Made by a program: the position numbers and the translations under genes. Shown here one piece after another: positions 20,576 to 29,106 of a DNA stretch of 64,000 bases. Numbering within the stretch: position 1 is the first letter of the stretch; every line of letters starts with the position of its first letter. Source of the stretch: an uncultured Actinomycetes bacterium (GTDB lineage Bacteria; Actinomycetota; Thermoleophilia; RBG-16-64-13); assembly GCA_963809395.1 (NCBI GenBank), contig CAWEJM010000018.1, forward strand, positions 64,275 through 128,274. The letters are read 5' to 3'. The notes below the pieces were generated by a model. It made no database searches, had not been told where the DNA came from, and saw nothing but the letters and a program-made list of their open reading frames with translations.

Positions 20576-22476
20576 ATGGGACTGTTCAAGCCCAGCGTGA
20601 AATCGCTGGTGGAGCGCGGTGATGTCCGTGGCCTGATCGCCAAGCTGGACCAGAAGGACTGGGCCGACGCGAGTCTCGGGCTCCAAGTTCTCGGGGAACG
20701 CGCCGTTCCAGCGCTCATCGAGCTGCTAGGGACGCCCCAGGAGGGTACCGCCATCGTGGTGCTGGTGAATATCGGTGCACCCGCGCTTCCGGCACTGGCC
20801 GAGGTCATCCGCCACGGTCCCGATGGCCGTCTTGCCGCGGCCAGCACGGCCATCAATAGCATTGGGCAGAAAGGGCTGGGACTGCCGGTTAGCGTCGTGG
20901 CGACGCTCGAGGCAGTCAAGACCGGCGGTCCGGAGGTGGATCTCGGCCGTCGAACCATGGCTGCCGCCGCGCTTGGCCAGACGGACTTGCAGAGCCTTGA
21001 GAGGCTCATATGGGCTGACGAAGCCACCGGAGAAGTGTCTGGCCAACCCCCTGTTCCGTACGCCGCGGACGACCTCGACTCAGGTCGGCCGAGCAGCCCG
21101 GCACTTGCGGGTGGTCAGCACCAGGTTCGGGAGACCACTATCGAGCTGCGCGTCCTGCGCGGCCATCAAGGGCTAGTCGAGGTAGTCGCGGTGACTCCCG
21201 ACGGGCGCCGCGCCGTCTCCGGCTCCACGGACAGCACGCTCCGGGTGTGGGATCTGGCCTCGGGAGAGACGCTGCATACCCTGGAGGGCCACCGGCTGAG
21301 CTACGTCACGGGCAGTCGCGGTGACTCCCGACGGGCTGCACGCCATCTCCGGCTCTGGGGACAAGACTGCTCCGGGTGTGGGACCTGGCGTCGGGAGAGG
21401 CGCTGCATACCCTGGAGGGCCACAGGGCGAGGTCAAGGGGGTCGCGGTGACCCCTGACGGGCTGCGCGCCATCTCCGGCGCTCGGGACGGGACGCTCCGG
21501 GTGTGGGATCTGGCCTCGGGAGAGACTCTGCACACCCTGGAGGGCCACAGGGCTCGATCATCGTGGCCGGGCGGTGACCCCCGACGGGCTGCACGCCATC
21601 TCCGGCTCTGGGGACAAGATGCTCCGGGTGTGGGATCTCGCCTCGGGAGAGACGCTGCATACCCTGGAGGGCCATCAAGACCCGGTCAACGTGGTCGCGG
21701 TGACATCCGACGGGCTACGCGCCGTCTCCGGCTCTTGGGATAACACGCTCCGGGTGTGGAATCTGGCCTCGGGAGAGACGCTGCATACCCTGGAGGGCCA
21801 TCGAGCTCCGATCGAGGCAGTCGCGGTGACCCCCGACGGGCTGCGCGCCGTCTCCGCTTCTCGGGACGGGACGCTCCGGGTGTGGGATCTGGCGTCGGGA
21901 GAGACGCTGCACACCCTGGCGGGCCATCAGGGCCCGATCAACGCAGTCGCGGTGACCCCCGATGGGCTGCACGCCGTCTCCGCTTCTGGGGACGGGACGC
22001 TCCGGGTGTGGGATCTGGCCTCGGGAGAGACGCTGCGTACCCTGGAGGGCCATCAGAGCCCGATCAACGTAGTCGCGGTGACCCCCGACGGGCTGCGCGC
22101 CGTCTCCGGCTCCATGGACAAGACGCTTCGGGTGTGGGATCTGACGTCGGGAGAGACGCGGCCGATCGAGACGCCCACGACGACCACGAGCGAGGCAACA
22201 ACGACCAAGTTTGGTGCAAGTAGGAGCCTGGATGAGGTTGTCGGCGAGATCATGGCCCTTGACCGACGGGTGAACAAGCTTGCCGAGGAGGGGAAGGGGA
22301 ATAGCGATTCGGAGTGGGAGCGGTGCGACGATCGTCTCTCGGCGATTGGCAACGAGCTCTACGTTGAGGGCGGTGAGGCTCGGATGCGGGCCGCTCTGGA
22401 GCTTGCCCACCAGAAGGGCCTTCGCGGGAGGTACGCTGAGCGACATTGGACTGGGATCGGGACCTGGATGGGATAG
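20576..22476 (+). CDS. HEAT-repeat / eight-blade WD40-repeat protein with a C-terminal domain of about 100 aa and unknown function; 4-5 indels in blades 2-4
   Basis: ATG 20576 is preceded by aaaggggag. PBS-lyase-type HEAT repeats (ERAVPALIELLG, GAPALPALAEVI). Then eight units of GH.....VAVTPDG.RAVSGS.D.TLRVWDLASGETLHTLE (ORFs 20558..21457, 21321..21743, 21574..22476). No NTPase or other enzymatic motif was seen. Confidence 0.75.
21155..22167 (+). repeat. Tandem array of eight about 126-bp units (the WD40 blades), highly similar at the DNA level
   Basis: The unit marker ctg(g/c)(a/c)gggcc starts at 21155, 21281, 21412, 21537, 21664, 21790, 21916 and 22042. Spacings are 126, 131, 125, 127, 126, 126 and 126. 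Long identical runs such as ctccgggtgtgggatctggcctcgggagagacgctgca recur in most units. Confidence 0.9.
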
Positions 22477-22635
22477 ACAGCGGGGCCTCGTCACCCTGGC
22501 AACGGTATCGTGAACTCGACGCGGCTACCGCAAATGAGCGGAGGGGGATTCGAACCCCGGTACGATCTCTTGCGACTCGTCAGCGATAGAAATGGCGCAG
22601 TGGCCGATACGGTGATGTTCGTGCCCACGCAGTAG
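22477..22635 (+). pseudogene. 3'-terminal remnant of a second golvesin-like gene
   Basis: It reads ...LLRLVSDRNGAVADTVMFVPTQ*, compared with ...ITLFATGANGYVVADAVMFVPTQ* at 19257. It has no start codon and follows the WD40 stop codon directly in the same frame. Confidence 0.55.
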
Positions 22636-22679
22636 CGTTCATGGCCTTGAAGCGCCGGTAAAGTCGACTCCGGTCCCGC
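22600..22679 (+). repeat. Right copy of the 80-bp colinear duplication
   Basis: See 19222..19301. Only the left terminator arm (cggtcccgc) is present here; the right arm is missing. Confidence 0.8.
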
Positions 22680-22774
22680 AGGGGCGTGCCTGTATCTCCG
22701 ATGTGTGGGGTGCTCGCGAAGAAGGGGCTGTCGCATCGCGCGCTCGGCCCGGGCCGTGTTTGTGCGCACTACCT

Positions 22775-22786
22775 TAGTGTACACTA
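22775..22786 (+). promoter_or_regulatory. Perfect 12-bp palindrome, candidate VapB operator
   Basis: tagtgtacacta lies 33 nt upstream of the vapB ATG. Confidence 0.4.
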
Positions 22787-22818
22787 GCACCAACACCACC
22801 GCGGCCAAGGGAAGTAGC

Positions 22819-23040
22819 ATGCTGAAGAACGTTACGTTGAGCGCGGACGAGCGCCTCATCGCACGGGCCCGCGAAGAGGCCGAACGACACGGGACCACGC
22901 TGAACGCTGAGTTCCGTCTTTGGCTGGCGCAGTTCGCTGAGCAAGAGCGTGCCGCGCACGGTTACCATGACCTGATGGAGAAGCTCAGCTACGCGAGCCC
23001 GGGTCACGACTTCACTCGGGACGACCTCAGTGCCCGGTAG
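22819..23040 (+). CDS. vapB: Type II antitoxin (VapB-like)
   Basis: ATG 22819 is in frame within ORF 22705..23040: MLKNVTLSADERLIARAREEAERHGTTLNAEFRLWLAQFA. It overlaps the downstream PIN gene by 11 nt. Confidence 0.65.
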   Translation: MLKNVTLSADERLIARAREEAERHGTTLNAEFRLWLAQFAEQERAAHGYHDLMEKLSYASPGHDFTRDDLSAR

Positions 23041-23464
23041 GTCTGCCAAGTTCTTCCTAGACACCAACATACTCGTGTACACCTTCGATCTGAGGGTACC
23101 GCTCCGCCGAGCGCAGGCGCGTGAACTGGTCGAGAGGGCGCTGACCACCCGGCAGGGCGTGATCAGCTACCAAGTGGTTCAGGAGTTCCTAAACGTGGCC
23201 TTGAGAAAGTTCAACGTGCCGTTGACCGCCACCGACTGCCGGCAGTATCTGGAGCAGGTCTTGGTCCCGCTCTGGCGCATCTCGCCCACCGCGGTGCTCT
23301 ACCGTGCTGCTCTGGACATTCAGGAACAGTCCGGATACGGCTTCTACGACAGTCTTATCGTGGCCTCGGCACTAGACGCGGGATGCGGCACGCTCTACTC
23401 GCAAGACCTTCAGGACGGCCGAGAGTTCGGCGCCCTGACGGTATTGGACCCTTTTGCAGCGTGA
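23030..23464 (+). CDS. vapC: PIN-domain toxin VapC
   Basis: FFLDTNILVY (first acidic residue), QVVQEF, FYDSLIVASALDAGCGTLYSQDLQ (PIN signature). Intact, 144 aa. Confidence 0.8.
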   Translation: MPGRSAKFFLDTNILVYTFDLRVPLRRAQARELVERALTTRQGVISYQVVQEFLNVALRKFNVPLTATDCRQYLEQVLVPLWRISPTAVLYRAALDIQEQSGYGFYDSLIVASALDAGCGTLYSQDLQDGREFGALTVLDPFAA

Positions 23465-23528
23465 CAGCAGGATCACCTAGATTCCCACCAAGGAACTGAA
23501 CAGATGTGACTGCCCCAGTCGGCGGGCC

Positions 23529-24903
23529 CTATTGATCCAGCAGGCTGGCCAGCAGCAGGCACACCTCAGCCCGGGTGGCCGGCGCCCAGAAGTCGAAGCC
23601 GGGGCCCATGTCCACGATCCCGTCGAGCAGTCCGGCGTAAGCCGCCCGGACAGCCCACGGATAGTGGTCGGGAGAGAAGTTCGCGAAAGGCGGCTGGTAT
23701 CCCCAGGGCGGAGTCGGCAGCCGAGCAGCCCGGGCCACCATGGTGATGAGCTGAGCCCGAGTGATCTGGTCGTAGGGACCGAAGGTGTCGTAGAGTCTTG
23801 CCTTGAGTGATGCCGGCTGCCGCACACACGGCTATGTAGCCGCCCGGATAGAGCGGATCGCCCGTCCCCAGCTGCCGCTCGACGTCGGTGAAACCACTGG
23901 CACTCAGCGGCGACACGCTGTAGCCGAGGGTGAGCACGATCATCTTGGCGAACTGCTGCCGGGTGACTGAGTCATCCGGCCCGAAAGTGCCGTCACCGTA
24001 GCCGTTGACCACCCCGCGGCCGGCCAGAAGCCCTATCTCGGCCGCGTACAAGCTGCCGACGCCGACATCGGAGAAGGTGGATGTCGGAGACAGCGCGGGA
24101 GCCGTCGTGGTGTGGTCGGGCGGCGCAGCGTCGTGGTGGTCGTTGGCGCCGGCGGTCGTCGGTGGTGGTCGGTCGGCGGCGCAGACCGTGGTGGTCGTGG
24201 TGGTCGGCGGCGGACCGCGGCAGTGGTGGTGGTCGGCCGCGCCAGGTCGTCGTGGTGGTCGGCGCCACGTACGTCGTGGTGGTCGTCGGTGCCTCGGTGG
24301 TCGTGGTCGGCGCTGGGGCCGTCGTCGTCGTGGTCGGCTCGGGAGCCGAGCCCAGGCTGTGGGCCGTGGAGTCGACGTAGCCGCCAAAGTCGGTGGTCCA
24401 GTAGTAGCCGTAGGGCGAACCGGCCACGTAGACCAGCGACACGCCTATCACCTTGAAGTTGGCCCCCAGCATGTTGGTGTTGTGGCCGGGCGAGTTCTTC
24501 CAGCCCTGGAACACGGCGGCAGCGCTGCTGTAGAGCGAACCCGCGGCGATGTTCTCACCCTTGTAGGTGTTGAAGTTGTAGCCGCTGGCCGCCATCCGGT
24601 CCCACGGCGACGCGCCGATGGCGAACCAGTCGGAACCGCCCGTGGTGTAGTGGTCGAAGAACGCGTACTTGCCCATGTCGGAACTGTGGCGATCGCTGGC
24701 TTCGGAGATCATGTCCGAGACCAGCAGGGGCTGCAGTCCCTGGCTGACCCGGTAGTCGTTGATGAGCTGTACGAAGCCGATCTCCTCGGCGCTGTAGCTC
24801 GCGGCCTGCGCCGGCGAGGCGAGCACACCGAACAAAAGCAGGGAGCATACGACCAGTAACGCGAACGCGGCCACCCGCGCGGTGCGTCCCGCCGGTGGAA
24901 CAT
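23529..24903 (-). CDS. Secreted CAP/SCP (PR-1-like) domain protein with a Thr/Pro linker and C-terminal SLH domains; several frame slips
   Basis: ATG 24903 (MFHRRDAPR, then a slip into VAAFALLVVCSLLLFGVLASPAQA). CAP core YSAEEIGFVQLINDYRVSQGL...DMGKYAFFDHY...GENIAAG...FQGWKNSPGHNTNML (ORF 23993..25156). The linker is TTTTT-rich. SLH motifs FSDVGVGSLYAAEIGLLAGRGVVNGYGDGTFGPDDSVTRQQFAKMIV (ORF 23566..24387) and ITRAQLITMVARA (ORF 23529..23825). Confidence 0.75.
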
Positions 24904-25013
24904 AGCGGGATCGCCGGTCGGGCTGCTCCTGGATGCTTCGCTGCCGAGGCTGCTTGATGCGGATGGAGGTATCCAAGATTCTTCTCCTGGAGTGTCTGGA
25001 CGCCAAGCGGGCG

Positions 25014-26668
25014 TCAAGCCCCGCACGACCGCCCGATGGGTTCCATCTGAGAACTATTTTCGACAACGGGGTGCGTTGCTTTAGCGCTTGAGGAGAATGG
25101 TTTGCGTGATAGTGGAAGCGCAGAGGTGTGCTTCCAGGCCGGGCAGCCCGCAGCACGTTTCAATGGACGGCGACCTGCCGAAGCGCGATAGATCATCTTG
25201 GCCACTTGACCCCTGGTCGCCAGCCCATAAGGGTCGAACCTGGTCGGGGTCTTGCCGGATACCAGGTGGTTGTAGTAGGCCACGCGCACGGCTTCCCGTG
25301 ACGTATGCAGGCACGTCTGTGAACGGGAAGGAAGGCCCTGCCGGGGGGATCGCCAGATCCGTTCCGCCGGCGCGGACGAGCATCAGCAGCCAACCTGAGC
25401 GCGGGTGATGAATCGCGCCCGGCCGGAAAGTGCCGTCGGCGTACCCCTGGATGATGCCCAAGGCCGCCGCCTCTTCGACGTAGTCGAACGGATAGTCGCT
25501 CCCAGCGAAGCGCACGTCGACGAACGAGGGACGAAGCATGTTGTCGACCGCCGCGGTGTGAGCGCCTATTCCGAGCACCACGATCTTGGCGAACTGCGCC
25601 CGGGTGACGCTACGTTCGGGGTGATAGAGCCCATCCGCGCTCCCGGAGACAACCCCGGCGGCCGCCAGATCACTGATTTCGGAGTAGTACTGTCCGCCCG
25701 GGCGGACATCCGGGAAAGGTGCCCCAGACGCCGTCGTGGTAGTGGTGGTGGTCGGCGGGGCCGTGGTAGTGGTGCTGGTGGTGGTCGGAGGAGTCGTCGT
25801 GGTCGTGGTCGTGCCCGGCTTGATCGTGGTAGTGGTGGCGCCGGGCGTGCTGCTCACATGCACCGAACGCGCGGATACCCCCACGTTGCCGGCAGCATCG
25901 TAGGCCCGGGCTTCCAAGCCATACGTTCCCGGGTTCAAGCCCGAGGTGTCCCATGCGATCACGTAGGGGCTGGAAGTGTCAGTCCCTACCAGCGTTCCCT
26001 CGACATAGAGCTCAACGCGTGTCACCGCGAGATTGTCGGTGGCCGTCATCTTCACGCTCACGACGCTCGATAGGTCCGCGCCCTCAGCCGGGCTGGTGAT
26101 CGTCACGATCGGGTTGGTCACGTCGGGAGGCGCCAGACCGCCCGCCTCGTGAGCGGTGCCGTCCACGTAAGACGCCAAAGTCCGTCGTCCAGTAGCCAGC
26201 CCCACTCGGAGCCGAGAACGGCTTCCAGGCTCACACCTATGACCTTCCACGTAGGGTCTCAGCATGTTGGAATTGTGAGAGTCCGAGTACCTCCAGGCCG
26301 AAAAGACTGTGGCCGCGCTCGGGTAGCCTGCCGCGAGGTTCTCACCCCAAGCAGCGAATTGAGGATAGCCGCAGATGACCATGCGATCACCCGGGCTCGC
26401 GCCCACCACGAAGTAGTCGGAGCCCAGAGTGGTGTGGCCAAAGAAGCCATACTTTCTCATGTCGAGGTTGTGTTTCGCGGAAGACTCGGAAAGCAGGTCG
26501 GAGACCAGCAGCCGGTCGAGACCGTTGACTCACCCGATACTGGTTCAAGAGTTGGACGAAGGCGATCTCCTCCGGACTATAGGAGTAGGCGTGAGCCGCG
26601 CCCGGCGCCACCGCCGATAGCAGCAGGCCGGCCACGAAGGCCGCTGCAAACACGATGGCCGACGCCAC
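25014..26668 (-). CDS. Second CAP/SCP-domain protein with an Ig-like domain, Thr linker and SLH domains; frame slips; 3' end uncertain (may stop near 25165)
   Basis: Signal peptide MASAIVFAAAFVAGLLLSAVAPGAAHA, then YSYSPEEIAFVQLLNQYRVSQ (ORF 26387..26668). RKYGFFGHTT...GENLAAGY...WRYSDSHNSNML. Ig-like region NPIVTITSPAEGADL...VELYVEGTLVGTDTSSPYVIAWDTSGLNPGTYGLEARAYDAAGN. SLH motifs FPDVRPGGQYYSEISDLAAAGVVSG...SVTRAQFAKIVV (ORF 25081..26460). Last SLH in ORF 25014..25289. Confidence 0.75.
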
Positions 26669-26736
26669 CCTCGACCGCGCCGCGGCCTCTGGATCCTACA
26701 CATCGTGCTCCTTGCATCGTAGCTCGTGTCCGTAGT

Positions 26737-28847
26737 CTACCCCGGCACCGGGTCCGATGCCACCAGGAATGCCGGACTGGAAGCGGCCGCCGTCCGGCCG
26801 GCCAGATCCGTCGCCACGACCCAGATCCTGTATTCGCCGGCCACCAGGGAATTCCCCCGGCTGTCTCGTCGTCACCCCGGCGAGACCGGTCCAGACTGCG
26901 GTGGTGTTGTCGCCGATGGTCTCCACGGCCACGTCCACCGGCGCTGTCGTCAGATTGAGGGATTGGCCCGCGGGAAGGATGAAGATGCCTTGCGACGCGA
27001 TGTGGGCCGACTCGGAGACCGTCCACGTGGCATGGAAGTCGCGCCCGTCTACCCCCGCAAAGGTGGCGTCGGTGTCGCTGCCCACGACGGTGGTGGGCGC
27101 CTTAGGCTCGTCGTAGACCGTGAACGCACCCGAGACGGCGACCGTGGTGTGCCCGGCCACATCGCCGACTTCAGCCCCCGCTTTGTCGACGGCGGTGATC
27201 CGGATCTTGTAGCCGGAGTCGTCCGCGACGAGGTCCGGAACGCTCCAGTCGTAGCTGCCGTCGTTCGGGGCCGCGTCGGCGATCGTTGCCCAGTTGTCGC
27301 CGTTGTCATGGGAGTACTCGATCTTCACCGTGTCGGGCGGCGTCACGTCGGTCAGCGTCCACAGGATGGTGAGCGCGCCGGCATCCGGGACCATCTGCCC
27401 GAGATGAGGCGCGGTGATGGTCACCACCGGCGGCGCGTCGTCGATGATCACTTCCTGAGTCACGCCGGCCGCGTAGCCCGATGCCGTCCATGAGGAAGCT
27501 CTCGTTACCGGCCCGGTCGGTCGCCCGCACGGCCAAGAGGTAGTGACCGTTCGCCAGGCCGCTGCCCGAGTACGCCGCTCCGTAGGCGGGAGCCGTGCTC
27601 GAGGAGATCAGAGTGAACGCGCCCCACGCGGTCGGCTGGATCTCGGTCCAGGGGACGTAGACGAAGTCCACGGCGGCAATGCCGCTCGCCTCGACACCGG
27701 CGGTCTTGGGTTCGTCCACCGGCAGGGCGGTGAACAGCGGCTTGTGGCTCCTCGGTGTAGTAGATCCCGGCTTTCGTCGGCGATTCGATCGTCACCGTGG
27801 GTCGCTTGGTGTCGAGCATGTAGGCGATCGCCGTCGAAGCCTGCGACACCAGCCCCGAGGAATTCCTGACCTTGGCGGTGAACAGGTGCGCGCCTTCGGC
27901 AAGGGGCGCCTGGACTCTAAGGGAGACGATGGCCGGTGGAATCGGCGAAGCCGGCGGCGATCCAGGCACTGCCGCCGTTGTCGTATACGTGCACCTCGCC
28001 GAACGGTATGGCCGTTCCCTCGATCAACGGTTGAGGGTCGCGGCACCAGTTGACCGGCCCGCTGTTGTGCGGCGTGGTGTTCAGCAGCACGGGAGCCGGC
28101 GGAAGCGTGGTGATGTCCCGCGCGGCCTGAGCCACCCTGCAGCACCATCACGGCAGCCTGCGCCCGGTTGAGCGTGGCGTTCGGGTTGAGATAGCCGCCC
28201 GAGCCCTGGACCACGTCGCGGAAGACAAGGTACGCAGTCGCGGCTCTGTGGTCGGGGGCGATCTTCTCGTCGTCGAGAAAACCCTCTATGTAGAACGACC
28301 CCTCCCACAGGTACCACTCCTCCATCGACAGGTACGTCTTCGGCCCGACGCCGTGGATCGACGTCCGGTGGCGTCCAGTTCCGCCTGCGAGAGATACCGG
28401 CCCAGGATGGTGTTGGTCTGCTGCCGGGTGATGTTGTCGCCCGGTCTGAAGTAGAGACCGGTCGGGCGTCGCGTAGCCGCCGATGAGGGATTCCGCGCGC
28501 GCGCCCTCGATGAAGGTGTAGAAGGTGCTGCCCTTGGCCACGTCCTTGAAGGTGGCGACGGCCGGGTCCATCGGCAGGAGATCGAGTCCGTTCACCGCCA
28601 TCTTGGCGAACTGCCCGCGGGTGACCGCGGTTCGCCGGTTTGAAGGTACCGTCATCGTAGCCGCCCGGCGACGGTCGCCACTTTAGCGCTTGTGATCTGC
28701 AGACCACCGGGAGTGCTGTATCCCACCCAGTAGGCATCGCTGGCGTCGGGCCAGGGGGGAGCGGCAAGCGCGATGCCCGCCAAAGCGATGAGCAGGACGC
28801 CGGACAGGATGACGAGCGGCTGCGATCTTCTTGGAGCTGAGTCTCAT
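26737..28847 (-). CDS. SLH-anchored surface protein with Ig/FN3-like repeats (module member D, paralog of 36319..38106); at least 5 frame slips
   Basis: RBS gggaggagag precedes ATG 28847 (MRLSSKKIAAARHPV...). SLH motifs GYDDGTFKP...TAVTRGQFAKMAVNGL, FKDVAKGSTFYTFIEGARAESLIGGY, TLNRAQAAVMVL (ORFs 28081..28872, 27792..28655). Ig-like regions lie in ORFs 27505..27969, 27306..27719 and 26696..27463. The C-terminus read by hand is LVAGEYRIWVVATDLAGRTAAASSPAFLVASDPVPG, stopping at 26737-26739. Confidence 0.7.
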
Positions 28848-29035
28848 CTCTCTCCTCCCAGAGCCGGAGCATCTAGCCAAGGGCCGGCGCAGAACGTGGT
28901 CAGTCTAACACGGACCTGCGGCCTCCTGACACTCACGCGCAGCAAAGTAGGCCCCCAGCTTGGGTCGGCGCAGCGCCTCGAGAGGGTCTGCGTCCCTTGT
29001 CACTCCGCCCTCCCCGCCGCGCCGCACCGCATGAG

Positions 29036-29064
29036 AAAGGGGCCCACCTTGCGGCGGGCCCCCC
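29036..29064 (-). terminator. Rho-independent terminator downstream of the giant SLH gene A
   Basis: ggggcccacc ttgc ggcgggcccc forms a 10-bp stem with one mismatch, flanked by aaa on the plus strand (U-tract on the minus strand). It lies 43 nt after the stop at 29107. Confidence 0.6.
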
Positions 29065-29106
29065 TCAGAATCGGCCAATAACGGCGCATAGGCTCCGCGC
29101 TCGCGC

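Noticed and set aside
20186-20686. Small overlapping ORFs in the gap between the HEAT-like and WD40 genes (20186..20431 +, 20276..20686 -).
   Set aside because: Third-position GC is similar for both strands by my count (about 69% versus 64%). There are no recognisable motifs and no clear RBS, so I cannot decide whether either is coding.
22541-22560. gagggggattcgaaccccgg resembles a tRNA T-arm (GGTTCGAATCC) on the minus strand, located at the island border. This would suggest a tRNA or an att-site fragment.
   Set aside because: No matching 5' acceptor strand (gagcgga) lies within 80 nt, and I could not fold D or anticodon arms. The stretch also reads in frame as the remnant of the golvesin-like gene. 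I could find no second copy in the window by eye.
19258-23528. I looked for an integrase, transposase, recombinase or terminal inverted repeats that would define the lower-GC insert as a mobile element.
   Set aside because: None was found in any frame. Only the duplicated gene end marks the borders, so mobility cannot be claimed.
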